Below, one piece after another: positions 26,914 to 52,769 of a DNA stretch of 64,000 nucleotides (position 1 is its first letter; each line of letters starts with the position of its first letter). Where the stretch lies: positions 6,138,001 through 6,202,000 of the forward strand of contig CAVNZM010000014.1 in the NCBI GenBank assembly GCA_963693365.1, read 5' to 3'. The stretch is from Amoebidium appalachense. Its lineage: Eukaryota; Protista; Ichthyosporea. A program made the translations under genes and the position numbers. Under the pieces are notes generated by a model. That model was not told the origin of the DNA. It did not search any database and saw only the letters and a program-made list of their open reading frames with translations.

Positions 26914-27062
26914 CGAGTGAACAGCGTGCATCATATAACAATTGAACTTTTGACTCCTAGATCATGCATGCATGTGCGTGTGTGTGTGTGTGTGTGCGCG
27001 TGTATCACTGATATATGTATATGTGCATGTGTATATGTCTATGTGTTTGTGTGTGTGTGTTG

Positions 27063-27099
<37 letters not shown>

Positions 27100-27115
27100 G
27101 TGCGTGCGTGCGTGC

Positions 27116-27198
<83 letters not shown>

Positions 27199-27357
27199 GG
27201 CGGGCACGCGCATACACCCACACGCGCGTTTGCATGTGTCAACATCATGTGCCTTTTTTATTCTTCTTCTACTTCTTCTTGAAGTTGTTCTCCTTCTTCT
27301 TCTTCTTCTTCGGCTTCTTCTTCTTCTTCTTCTTCTTCTTCTTCTTCTTTTTTTTTT

Positions 27358-27403
<46 letters not shown>

Positions 27404-27774
27404 GGAGAATTTGCAACTTTACGATGGGAAACGCGACGCAAGCCTAGAGCTTTGTGATGCACACTATGCATACAGCTATGCAACTATTAGAAGGCGTCCT
27501 TTAGTGAAAACTACACGTTACGCACTGGAAAAAACACTTACGCATCTGCCAGGAACCCAGTGCCAATGATTGCGATTTGTTTCGCATTGTTCCACGTGAA
27601 GTATTTGTCTGTTGGGGCATTGTGTGCGCTTTTTCCGGCCTCAGTCGCAGCCTCCCCTAGGCCCAGCGCAAGGGCATCGACGTCGCTCAACTCATTTTCA
27701 GAACCAACTGCAACTGGTTTTTTTTGCCCCTTTCCATCGCGTAACTCATTTAAATCTCTAAACTCCATCTCCAA
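24670..27774 (-). CDS. PHO84: MFS inorganic phosphate:H+ symporter (PHO84/PHT1 family), 501 aa
   Basis: complement(join(24670..25255,25913..26599,27542..27774)), phases consistent. Family motifs [47 protein letters not shown] and [34 protein letters not shown] are present. Confidence 0.95.
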
Positions 27775-28664
27775 ATGTGATAATAAGTATGCGTGTTATA
27801 TGTAACAAACGATAGGAACCCCCGGGAAAACGCGACTGAGACTGGTCAGGTTCCGTGCCAAGTGTCAAACCGACGTTTTATGGGTGACTGGCAGACGTTT
27901 TATATACTTTTGCGGCATTCTAGAAAGGAGACGACGATTGGCGTATCTAATGAGATGGAGTGCTATAATTGGCTTGTTGGTGCTGCAAAGTTCGAAAACT
28001 GGAGGAGGGTAAAAGATGCATATGGAGAACGTGATGGCGATGCATTGCGGATTCTGGAGCGTAAAAGCGGTAACTTTGCGTTTTCGCCACAAGTACACTA
28101 CGACCTTTTCGCGTAAGGTTGAGCAACAGAAATTGGTTTGATGGCTTCTGTTCTAAAACAATATGATAATTCGTAAGATTGTAAGCTGACACGTTCATGC
28201 ATGGAAAAGTGTTCACGCGTATTCCTATCGGCGTATGATTCACGCGTATTCCTATCGGCGAATCAAAGCGATTTATTCATACCATTGGTTAATTGACCGA
28301 CGAATTAGTATCACCAACAGTATTCCTTAAGCATACCATTTAGATCCAACTGGAGCCGAACATTGTGCAGACGATGTCACGATGCGTGTGTGTGCAGTGT
28401 GGTGCACTATGCGCCCATTTTGCTTTTGCTTTGTACACAAAACACACTGTGAAACCCGCAAAACAAGGAATATATCACGTGAATCACGTGAGCCACCGCG
28501 TGAACGTGCACATGTATTCGTGTAACGCTACCAGTGTTGCCGCTGCAGCCACCCCAGCTCTGGCCCCGTGTGGAAGGTGGCCCGTGACTTCAGTCACGGG
28601 ACGTACGCGTGGGCGTATTACGACCGGGGTACCGGTGGTGGTGGTGGTGTGTGTTTGCCACGGT

Positions 28665-28736
<72 letters not shown>

Positions 28737-29237
28737 CGTGCGTGCGTGCCATGCATGTGCCACGCGTACGGTACGCCCGCCACGCGCGTGCGCGCATGTG
28801 TGCGCGTCATGATCACGGTGTGTGTGTTCATGTGTGTGTGTGTTCATGTACGTGTGTGTACGGTGTTTGTGTGTATGCGCCGCACGTGTGTGTGTGTGTG
28901 CGTGTGTCACGGTGTGTGTGAGTGTGTCACGTGCGTGCGTGTGTGTGTACGTGTGTGTGTGTGTGGCAGCAGCAGCAGCTGTCTGTACATGTATATGCAA
29001 AAGCTTTGTTGAACTGGCACGCTGGGGTTTTCGTTCTTGCAGAAATGTAAATGTAATGAAATTAATATATCTCCCTTCGAATTTTTTATTTATTAATTTT
29101 CTAGTTCCTCCTTCTTCTTTAATTGGGTTCTTGTATGTCTTGTCTCTCTCCTCCAGGTCTTTCCGCCTTTCTCTCTCTCTCTTTTTTTTTTTTGCGTGTG
29201 TGTACAGTGTGTGCAGTGTACAGTGTACTGTGTGTGT

Positions 29238-29307
<70 letters not shown>

Positions 29308-29919
29308 CAGCGAAAGTACAATACCAATATTCGAGAAGCACCATTTACTAAGCCAAGCTAAGGGTACATTCAAGTAGAGTCGGTGGTTACATGCATTGCA
29401 CACATCACCAATCAACCACCCGGCCTGAAAGGCGCTGCCTCGTGCGTTACAGTTGCCATATAGGGACATGCATTATCCTCATATGGATGTACTATGCCCA
29501 AATATGGAAGGTGATAGAGGCAATACAGAGGAAGGGCAAGAGCAAATAAAAGACTTAGTTAAAATCTAAAACCAAAATAAAAGCAAGAGACATCGGCCGA
29601 CAACGCACACGTGAGCGTTGCTAATGCACGATGGTTCAATTTTATGTTGAATTATTTTTTTCCCTTTTTTTGTCATGTTGTTTTCACATGTTGGTAGAAA
29701 TCACAAGCCAAACCATATCGACTTTCACTTCCAAGCCAGCACACACGAGCAACTCAAAAAGAGGGGAGGAAAAAAAAGAAAAAAAAGAAAAGAAGAAAAA
29801 AAAAAAAAAGAAAAAAAAACCCCCTACACCCAAACCACACAAAAAAAGCGCACAAGCTTTGATCTACACCACTTTCGGTTAAAACACCTGACCATTGACC
29901 AATAAGCACACAGTATTGC

Positions 29920-41664
<11,745 letters not shown>

Positions 41665-43269
41665 TTTATCTGTGATGAGGCGAAACCGGGTCTTTAATTA
41701 AGTTCGGGAAACCAGGTATTCAAAAGGGGGCTGGAGAATGATGCAAGAGGAATGCCCTAGGAAAGGTCTCAAGCAAAAAGAAGTGGGGTAAATTGGGGGC
41801 AGGCAGAATGAGGGAAACCTGAAAACGGGGTGGGTGTACTCGGGGTGAATCGTGGAAAACATTTGTAAGGATGATTTACAGCGTTGCTCCCACACATATC
41901 CAAGTAACCCTCAACCGACTTTCAGTTGCTGTAGTGCACTGAAAACAAGAGGAGCATGAAAGAGGAGCAGACAACTTTCGCAGAACTGCCGTGAAAAGGC
42001 TTACACAGGTTTTTGACGTGACATGAAGGAAACCATGCAAATAAGCTTGCTTCCTAAAGCTATTATAGTACCATGCCTATTTTTTTCTAGGAATTTTTTT
42101 TCTTCTTTTCTTCACACAAAACATAAAAATAAAGAAATTATACCTGTTTTACGTCTCTTGCCTGTGCCTAGGTGCTTGTGTGCTTTCGTTTCTCCTTTGC
42201 CGGCGCCCGTTTTCTAACTGCTTGTGTGGCGGTTGCAAAATTCTGGCGCCCCGCTCCGCGCCGCTTGAAAAAAAACCGGCCGGTAGATGCTGGGGGGGGG
42301 GCAAATATTCTAAGAGTGCACTTTTCCGGAAACGAATCTTTGAGTAGCATATTAATCAGAAATCAGCCTAGCCATACAGAGAGCAGAGAGGGAAAAAAAA
42401 CACAATACCTATCAAATTACTTAAAAGCGTGCTTCTACAAATTAGTTTATTTGAACACAGTATGTGCTGGGTACTACCACCAGCTGACAGCAATTCAGTG
42501 CCGCCAGCTGTCTGTGCCGGCACCAAGCTCTACACTGCCACCACTCTGCTTCAAACAGAGCTGATTGGCTGCAGTTCACCGCCAAAACTGCGACTGGTAC
42601 ACTACCCGAATACAAATTCGAACCAGATTCGACTTCGGCCCGAACGAAAAGAAAGCTGCCAAGCCGTACATGAATACATTCAGTGCAGTACACCCACATC
42701 TCGCCTGGAGCCTTCCAGCCAAACCGATGTGTATGTACAGAATTGTGTGTGTTCCGTATTTTATTTCTGTACACACACACACATCACTATTTTACCTGAT
42801 CAGCAAGAACCGTATCCGGTCCCGCGAACCTAACATGGTGGTTCGTTCAAGCCGAGTCAACAGATCCATGGCCACAGATCGCACAGGGATGTTTGCGCCA
42901 TCCCCCCCTACCCCGGCCCCCCAACCCCATCCCCCCCCCCGAGCTCCCCAAATAAAAAATAAAAATAAAAATGACCACCTTCCCCAAAATAAAACGATAA
43001 ACAAAACTAAAATACGCCTGAAAAAATTCGAGGTAATTTGGGCCTCTTCCTACATAGCATCCATGTGACAATTCGGTCGCGACAACATGGGGTGATGGCG
43101 ATTGCACACTCCTTCTTAAAGTAGTGCGGGGAAAGACTCGTAGACCTAAGGAAAGAAACGAAACCTAAAAAAACATCATTAATTCTGCCCGGGCTACTAA
43201 TTAGTAAAATTTTGGGTGTTGCCGTAACATGTGTGCCGCGGTGCCTGCACTATGATATGAACGAGGTGG

Positions 43270-43334
<65 letters not shown>

Positions 43335-43388
43335 CTTTTGTGCAGTCAAGGGTTTACATCATTATACCGCGTGACCGACACGCCCTAA

Positions 43389-43432
<44 letters not shown>

Positions 43433-43856
43433 CTCCGGCCCCTTTACCACCCACCACCACCACCACCATCACCAACACCACCGAGGCTACCACCACGTGA
43501 TGCACCACCCCCACCATCACCAACACCACTACCACCACGTGATGCACCACCACCACCACCACCACCACCACTTCCTCTCTCCGGATTCCCCTCTTTCCCC
43601 TATGAAACACAAGTACAAAAGCAGTTTCCCATACACAAGCTGCATGTTCACACGTTTTTATTTTTATTTTTATTTTACATTAAGAATGGCTTTGCGTGAT
43701 GAATTATTGAGAATACAAAGAAACACACACTATGTATTTATTTCATGTGACCTACAATAAGCACACTACTACTCTCGGACACAGAGCACGAAAATACTGA
43801 TACCAGGGCCTTACTACCTCCTCCTCCCCCCATTCCCCTCCTCTCCCTACCCCGAG

Positions 43857-43897
<41 letters not shown>

Positions 43898-43916
43898 CCC
43901 CCCCCCCCCTCTCCGA

Positions 43917-43979
<63 letters not shown>

Positions 43980-43988
43980 CCTCCCCGA

Positions 43989-44023
<35 letters not shown>

Positions 44024-44217
44024 CCCTCCCCCCCCCCCCCCCCCCTCTCTCTCTTGATAATTCGCAGACTAATTAGGACACTTGAGTCCTTATTAGCTAA
44101 AAATCGGATATCGCGCTATATCAGGCTTATGACTATGGCAACTAAAGGGGAAAAAAAGGTAGAAACGCGAAGCTGAAATCATGCCCGTTACAGCACGCGA
44201 TATATATATATATATTG

Positions 44218-44311
<94 letters not shown>

Positions 44312-45119
44312 CCCTCCCCTCCCCACCTCCTCCTCGCCGCCAACAATCCTTTACCCCGTAGTTAAAGACATTGTTGCCTGGGCATAGTATTTCTACAAAT
44401 TTACCGCAATAAAAGTTGGCAAGTTTCCCAGTTCAAGTATTTCCCCGTATCACCATACGGTACTGCACAACGGTGTAGTAGTCTCACAAGCCTCACAGTA
44501 ATTTTGTATGCAATCTCACTTTTCACACCAGGTTTGGGGGAATGACTGTTTGTAAGTTCGGCAGCTCGGATAAATCATAGATGAGACACATAATATTCAT
44601 AGATAGACATATAATGATCATGTAGGGCTGCCCGGGTACGTGGGTGCCCCCCCCCCCCCCCCCCCCCCCCCCCATGCCCCCTCCCCCGGTTTAGGGTCTA
44701 AAGGTCTGCGGCCGTAGCGTTCATTTGAACTACCCCCCCCCCCCCCCCTACCCCCTCGCCCTCCCCGTTGGACCACTTTTTGGGCTGCAACCGTGGGTTT
44801 TTTTTTCTTTTTTTTTGGGGGGGGGGGGGGGGGGGGGGTGCTAGGTACATGCGCGGGCGGCCGTGCACTGCCATGATGACGCGCTCTTGCTATGCCACTG
44901 TACAATGGCCAGAGTGTAGGCAGGCCAATGTGCAATCTAAGGGACATGGTCAAGCAAATGCAGCCAGTATGTGGCTGAGAATCGAAAACGTGTCCGATTG
45001 ACCCCAACATCGCGTACACCATGTGCGCGTTTGCCTTGTTTTAATTTTCGGATCATTTTGAACTGGAGGGCTTTTTTGGATGGTTTGGGTTTTGGTTGTT
45101 TAGCGCACACCACACAGTG

Positions 45120-45170
<51 letters not shown>

Positions 45171-45717
45171 ACACGCTTGACACATACATACCGTGCCACA
45201 GACACATACCCAACGGTTCTTCCCCCCCCCCCTCCCCTTCTCTCTCTCCCCCACCTCCCCTTCTGCCAACCCGGCCTTCCCCTTCCCTTCCAAGGGACGT
45301 TTTGTTTTGTGGGGGTGGGTTTGAAGGTGTGCTTGTGCTGCGGGGAGGGGAAAGGGAAAAGGGGGGAGGGGGGGGGGAGGGGGGGGGGGGAGAGGAAGAC
45401 CTACGTCACAGACATCCTGTTGCTATGTTCGCCAGTAAGCACTTGCGTGTGTGCAGGTGCATAGCAACACTATACATTCAGTATGCCAAATCTCAGAAAA
45501 GTGGATCCGGAGGCACACAAAGCCCAATATTCCGCCGTTCACTTGCCCCCTTTTTTAACTTCGTTAAGAGGCTCCGAGCCTGTTGTTGTGTTTCAGATTT
45601 GATCTTAAGTTTATGCCAAGGACATGTTTCAGGTTTTTTTTTTGGCTTTCTGATTCAAAATGTGTTTGTTTTTAACGGCTGGCTGATTGATTCTCGCTTC
45701 TGATGGTTGTTTGTTTG

Positions 45718-45766
<49 letters not shown>

Positions 45767-45785
45767 TCAGAGAGGGGGAGGGATG

Positions 45786-45885
<100 letters not shown>

Positions 45886-46047
45886 GTACATACATACAGC
45901 CACACATGCACGCAGTGCACACATTCAAACACACACGCACACGTACACGCACACACACGGCACACATACACACACGAGAGAGAGGCAGAGACATGCACAC
46001 GCACACGCGCGCGCACACACACACATGCACACATGCACACACGCACG

Positions 46048-46078
<31 letters not shown>

Positions 46079-46255
46079 CGTGACACAATCCACACCTACA
46101 CACTGACCTGAATGATCATATTTTTACACAGCAAGTGCCCACGGGTGGACTAATACTAATAAATCACGTCCTGTCTGGGCACCGTGGGCCGTTTCAAGTA
46201 AGTTATACAAAACGTTACACTCTTTCTCAACTAACACTTGTGCCACTGGGACACA

Positions 46256-46402
<147 letters not shown>

Positions 46403-47471
46403 TTACCAAAGTTTCGTCAGACTGCGGTATTAACGAAGCAAAGGCTTCCGTTTGTTCTTGAAGAGCTTCAAACTAGTAGTATATCATCTGCTGCATTTGA
46501 ACAAAGCTTTTTGATAGTGCAGAGGGAAGTCAGCCCCTCCAGTGCCCCCACCCCCCCCCACCGGGCCCACCCCTCCGGAAGCCCCCTTCGAGTTCCAGGG
46601 CCTCGGGTGACAAGTTGACAACTGACAAGGCGTACGCGTGACTCCATCGAAGACCTCGGAGACTCGTCCTTCTTGGTCATCTAAATGTGCGGTGGCATGT
46701 TGAATCGATGCAATAGAGCAATCTGATTGGTCTTTGTCTAATCGCATCGAAAAGGGTATTGTTAGCTCGTGCGACATCGAAATGTGATGATTTGAAATTT
46801 TGAACACGGATGAAAGTCGGATGGGGGACGAATGGTCACAGCTTTCGTTGACAAGAAATTTGTTTTGGACAAGGAAATCACTGAGGACGCCAGGTTCCGG
46901 ATGCCCCATTTACATCGTGATGTTTATTGATCTGGGGGGCTTCCGTGTCTGGGGTGACTCGATGTATATCTACGTCACACTCGAAAGAGGGACTGTTGAT
47001 GTACTGGATGTAATTTAAAGGTTGAGCTAGAATCAGCTTTAATAAAATTTACCACCTTAAAACCCTTCATATGAATATTTTGTATAGACATGTGCAGAAG
47101 TGTCGGAATATGTTTTCAGCCGAGAAGACTCGGGCTGAGCCTGTGCTCTACATGTACAAATGTTGTGGTCTGTCAGTCGCTGATTTTTATGATCGGAATT
47201 CGGCCGAAGGTTATTGCCAAAAATGCCGCGCTCTCCGCTGTTGCTATTGGCTAAGGTCACACAACCAACGTTGATTGGGTCGCTTGAAGAGACAAGCAGA
47301 ATTCCTGATGCCCAGTGTAAGGCCATACAACCTACAAACAGGTACAAAGCTCCTCCGTTTTTAGTGAAATACTCAGTAGTTTTGCAGGCTCTGACACAAA
47401 GCAGAGCACAATGATTTAAGTTTCGTTCGTTATGTCTGGCTGCCCTTGGGCTAACCGGTTGGCTCCCCACC

Positions 47472-48359
47472 ATGGCCGCCCAAACCGTAAAGCTCCTTGA
47501 CATTGCACCAAGCCTGCAGTGGGAAAACGCCAACGGGTTTTGTGGTGAAACGAGTGTGCTGGAAGCATGTTTGTATCATGGATGCTATGCATCACAGGCC
47601 ATCATCCGCCGTGACCTTGCCGGGAGTGAAGTCCTGTTGGAGAAGGATGAACAAGGTCCTGGAAACATCGCCGTTGCGCTGAGAAAACTCAAGCTGCGCT
47701 ACACGTGGTATGACACGGACTCGCCAGCATACAACTCAAACTGGCAAAAGTTCGTCGTGTGGATGAAAAGGGAGATTCTGCAGGGGCACATGGTGATTCA
47801 TGCCCAGCTCGTTTCGGATGGCGACCAGATTGGGTACGACCACATAGTCCCAACTACAGGCATTTCGACACTCACACCCACATCCACTGCTTATGATGGC
47901 CGTGACATTGTCACCATGCATACTCTTTTCGACTTGACTCCCGTTCGCCGGACTTTTGCGTCGCTTCCTGCACGCGGGGGCTCATGTAAGTACGACTTGG
48001 ACCATGGAGGGTGCATCCCTATGGAGAGACAGTATGGAACATCAGTGCTAGGAATCGTCGACACAAAAGGAGAAACACGGCCGGTGCAGATCTACCTCAA
48101 CAAATCCGATGAGCCAAACACGACCCTTGGCCAAGCGCCCATCACCTACGCGGCGAGAGTGGTTGTGCGGGGTCTGACGGTAGGAAAGACGTATGCTCTG
48201 CTGCGCTACAACAACCTGGCAAAGGTGCCGGACTACAACTTCAAAAGCAGTGGGTTTGTGAGCAAGATCCAGTTCAAGGCCACGGCATCCACCTACACTT
48301 ACATCACTACTATTGCGTCAAACAGCGTGGTTGTGTTCCGATGTGTGGATGCATGGTAA
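47472..48359 (+). CDS. Papain-fold (peptidase C39-like) cysteine protease-like protein, paralog 1; signal peptide out of frame
   Basis: Intronless 295-aa ORF with QWENANGFCGETS (Gln/Cys) and YDHIVP (His). Collinear with 50943..51890. Confidence 0.75.
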   Translation: MAAQTVKLLDIAPSLQWENANGFCGETSVLEACLYHGCYASQAIIRRDLAGSEVLLEKDEQGPGNIAVALRKLKLRYTWYDTDSPAYNSNWQKFVVWMKREILQGHMVIHAQLVSDGDQIGYDHIVPTTGISTLTPTSTAYDGRDIVTMHTLFDLTPVRRTFASLPARGGSCKYDLDHGGCIPMERQYGTSVLGIVDTKGETRPVQIYLNKSDEPNTTLGQAPITYAARVVVRGLTVGKTYALLRYNNLAKVPDYNFKSSGFVSKIQFKATASTYTYITTIASNSVVVFRCVDAW

Positions 48360-48637
48360 AACGATTTGTTGCGAATATGAATTCAAGTTCACGGAGGAAC
48401 AGTTGGTATATAGCATATGTACAGTATCGTCGAACAGCAGGGGTGCTCGAGTGCATGCATGCTTGGGTTGAACAGTGCTCAAGAGTAACAGATCTAGTCT
48501 AGATAAGCGGTGAATTCGCCGTGTAAGCATGCATGAGGCTGCTGTGGCTAGTAATGTAATAAGTAACGGGCATGTATTGAGCGTAGACAGGTAATGCCAC
48601 ATGTATTTAGACACACAGTGGGGTGGCGGGGGCAAAA

Positions 48638-48676
<39 letters not shown>

Positions 48677-49756
48677 GAAAGAGAGAGAGAGAGGGGGGGC
48701 TTCTGGTGTCTTTTGAACATCGTTGCAGGCTGAGTGGAGAACGGCCATGCTGTAGCTAATGGTTCCGAAGGTGAGGTTTTTTGCATAACTTTGGTAGACA
48801 TATGCAAAACCTGTGATAGCATTTTAGGGATGATGTAAATATATGAAGGCGGTGTTCAGGTTATTTAAGGGCATGTGTAAGTATGGATTTGTACATCCAG
48901 AAGCTTAGGAATAGTCCGGATGAAAAATTATTACTGATATTTACTGATATATTAGCAGCCTGCTGTTCAAGCCGGAAAAAATATCAACAATATGAGATGA
49001 TTAAACGCCGTTCGATGTTTCATGAATAAATGCAAGCGAAAAACTGGAACAACCAACGTAGCACGACCAACAGGTCGCTCCAGAGCCGATAGTACATGCG
49101 GGTGTGGGGCTGCCCAAGCTGCAAAACGGGGGGGAGGGAGGGAGCTGCGTAAACTATATGCAGCATATTATGTTCACTGACTCAGGCTGTACCAAGCTAC
49201 TGTAGTCCCCCCCAATTCACAGCGACCAATCCCTCCTCCTCTTCCCCCCCCCCCCCCCTCCCCTTCCCCCCCCCCCCCCCCCCCCCAGAATATCATCCCT
49301 GGGATCGCGTGTCCTAGATCAAACCTCAACTCACTTGCACCAACGGGCATTTAGCTAGCTCAGAAGCCTATCATACATATACACTAGTACTAGCTATAGG
49401 GACGGGTGGGGCCCGGGGGGGGGAGGGGGGGGGGGGGGGGAGGCGGGGATGGGGGCTTATACAAAGACGGGAGTTCAAGTTGATGTCAAAGTCCGCATCA
49501 TCCTTTTTGTTGTTGCCAGAGCTAATGCACAGAGATGTTAGAAGATTCTGCGGCGCGGGTGCGCCATGGCATGCACGTGCGCATAATAATCTAAAAAACT
49601 AAATTAAATTAATAAATTAATAACAGTCAATAATTCAGCTACAAAACGATTTGCCGATGTGTCGTTTTGCCTAAACTTTGTGACAGCACACACACACACG
49701 TGCACTCGACTCTCGAGCACGCACACACATGTACACACACGCAGCCACACACAGTA

Positions 49757-49815
<59 letters not shown>

Positions 49816-49921
49816 GCACACACACACACACACACACAGTCAGGCCACACACACGTGCGCGAAGACACACAAACGTGCACATGTGCACACACAAGTGCTC
49901 TGCGGGCACGCGCACAGGCGC

Positions 49922-49986
<65 letters not shown>

Positions 49987-50027
49987 CTGTACTCACTGTC
50001 ACACACACGCACACACACACACACACG

Positions 50028-50068
<41 letters not shown>

Positions 50069-50075
50069 ACACACA

Positions 50076-50107
<32 letters not shown>

Positions 50108-50196
50108 GTGGCACACACACACACACACACTGTGCACTGACAGAGTACACAAACATCAACACAAACACAGCTCGACGGGCCCACATCCCCCCCCCC

Positions 50197-50247
<51 letters not shown>

Positions 50248-50942
50248 AAAAAAAAAAAAAAAAAAACATATTCGGAGCCTCGGCAAATTTGAATTTGCGA
50301 TCGTAAACTTGGTCATCCATTTAGGCTCACCAATCAAGTTTGTTTCGTGGTTACATAGTACAAGTGTATAAAGAGGAAAAAAAAATCCAAAAATCTATTC
50401 AAATGTACTCTCTAAATATTCAATGTAGTGACTTGCCTTCAGCTACATGTAATGAAGAACATGTACAGACCTTGTTCAGGCGAACTACAAAAAAAATGTA
50501 GCTATAATCAAAGAGTTTGATCCGACTCGAGCTCGAGGCGAATATTCAGATTGTCCTCTGCAGCTGGCTGTGCACGTGGCCTTAAGGTGAAGTCAGTCTT
50601 GCTTTGCAACTACAGGAATTTTTTTTTTTTGGTAAAAGAGTCAACCTTTCTATAACAAAGAAATGGCATCATGACATGTATATTATAGGTATCACATGTG
50701 GGGGGGGGGGGGGGAACAGCACTTACAACACGTTTAGTACATTGGTGTCCTCTGTTCGGATTATTCCCAAAATTCCGCGCGCCTCTCTGTTCACTTTGAG
50801 CCTGATTGGGCAGCCGGAAATGTGGGAGCGATCTGGAATGAGCCTCAAAGTTGTGCAAAGCATATGACTCAAAAGAAGAGAGTGGAGGGGGAAAAAAGAC
50901 AGCAGAAAAGAGAGAGAGAGAGCGAAAGACGCAAGGTGCACT

Positions 50943-51890
50943 ATGAATAAGTTTGGTTCGTTATGTCTGGTTGCTCTTGGATTGATGGAATGGGTTCCCA
51001 CCGTGACCGCCCAAACCGTCAAGCTCCTTGACATGGCACCACGCCTGCAATGGGAAAACGACAACGGCTTCTGCGGAGAAACGAGTGTCCAGGAAACATG
51101 TTTGTATTTTGGTTGCTATGCATCGCAGGCCATAATCCGCCGTGACCTTTCAAGGGGTGAACTCCTGTTGGAGACAGATGGGTATGGCCCCGGAAACGTC
51201 GCCGATGCGCTGAAAAAACTGAAACTGCGCTACACGTGGTACGACACGGACTCGCCTGCATACAATTCGAATTGGCAAAAGTTCCTCATGTGGATGAAAA
51301 GGGAAATCCTCCAGGGGCATGTTGTGCTTCATGGACAGTTGATTCGTGATGGCGACCAGTATGGATACGACCACATTGTGCCAACCATGGGAATGTCGAC
51401 ACTCACACCCACATCCGCTGTTTATGATGGCCGTGACGTAGTCACCATGCATACGCTCTTCAACGAGGCTCCCGTTCGCCGCACGTTCGCGTCTCTTCCC
51501 GCATGCCAAGGCTTCTGCAAGCAAACTATTTTCGTCGGTGGTTGCATCCCTATTGAAAGACAGTATGGAATATCTGTGCTAGGAATCGTCGATACCAAAG
51601 GTGAAACGCGGCCGGTGCAGATCTACCTCAACAAATGGGATGAGCCCAACCCTACTGATGGTGAAGCGCCCATCAATTATGCGGCGAGAGTGGTTGTGCG
51701 GGGTCTGACGGTAGGAAAGACGTATGCTCTGCTGCGCTACAACAACCTGGCAAAGGTGCCGGACTACAACTTCAAAAGCAGTGGGTTTGTGAGCAAGATC
51801 CAGTTCAAGGCTACTGCATCCACCTACACGTACCTCACGGTCATTGCGTCAAACAGAGTGGTTGTGTTCCGATGTGTGGACGCATGGTAA
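50943..51890 (+). CDS. Secreted papain-fold (peptidase C39-like) protein, paralog 2
   Basis: Intronless 315-aa ORF with signal peptide MNKFGSLCLVALGLMEWVPTVTA, motifs QWENDNGFCGETS and YDHIVP, and a beta-rich C-terminal domain. Confidence 0.8.
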   Translation: MNKFGSLCLVALGLMEWVPTVTAQTVKLLDMAPRLQWENDNGFCGETSVQETCLYFGCYASQAIIRRDLSRGELLLETDGYGPGNVADALKKLKLRYTWYDTDSPAYNSNWQKFLMWMKREILQGHVVLHGQLIRDGDQYGYDHIVPTMGMSTLTPTSAVYDGRDVVTMHTLFNEAPVRRTFASLPACQGFCKQTIFVGGCIPIERQYGISVLGIVDTKGETRPVQIYLNKWDEPNPTDGEAPINYAARVVVRGLTVGKTYALLRYNNLAKVPDYNFKSSGFVSKIQFKATASTYTYLTVIASNRVVVFRCVDAW

Positions 51891-52275
51891 ACGGTCTTGT
51901 TGCGACCATCATTTTGGTGATTGACAGACGGCCTATAGCATATGCATGCCGTCGTGGAAGATTAGGGAGTCAGCTCGAGCACATGCCTGGCGGGTAAACG
52001 CTTTCAGACTTCTTTGATAATTATTATATGTATGTGTTTTTAGTTACACAGTTGTCACTACTGTAACTGCGCAGCTGTGATTTTGATAACAGGGTTAGTT
52101 TATGCGAATGCACATACGCGTAGGTGGGCATGCTTTGCCGGCTGCTGTTGCTGGGGATATGATCGTGAGAAAGTGTCTTGCGTCCAGGCGGGTATGTGAG
52201 GGATAGTAGTCTAGAACGGAAAACACACTCCAGTTCCAGAGGACTGAAGAAAAAAATGGGAGGTTGGGAGGGGAA

Positions 52276-52335
<60 letters not shown>

Positions 52336-52734
52336 CTTGTTACGGTGGTGGCCTTGTCACAATCGTGGATAGCTGACACTGCTGTCTATTTCAACCAAGC
52401 TGTAGGGTTGTAGTTTACATATACGAAACATGTGGTATGAACGTTTTTCGGGTGATAAAACATTAAAATTTCTGTGAATAATATGATATTCCAAAAACAT
52501 GCAACGGCAGTTGTGGGATCTGGGCTAGGTAACAACTTGACAGTATGTGCAAAATGGCGAGAACAAAGCCATCGATCGCGACGATTGCAAACAGGATAAT
52601 GGGACTCATTGAAAAGTAATAGTTGTCATATGATATATAAATATGCACATATATTTTTGTATGTGGTTTATAGTTAAGCTAGCTTTACTTATCGAAGACA
52701 GGACTAAGAGAGAGGGACGGGGGGGGGGGGAGAA

Positions 52735-52769
<35 letters not shown>

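Noticed and set aside
46484-46909. 141-aa minus-strand ORF
   Set aside because: No recognisable motif or supportable gene model; it could be an exon but evidence is insufficient.
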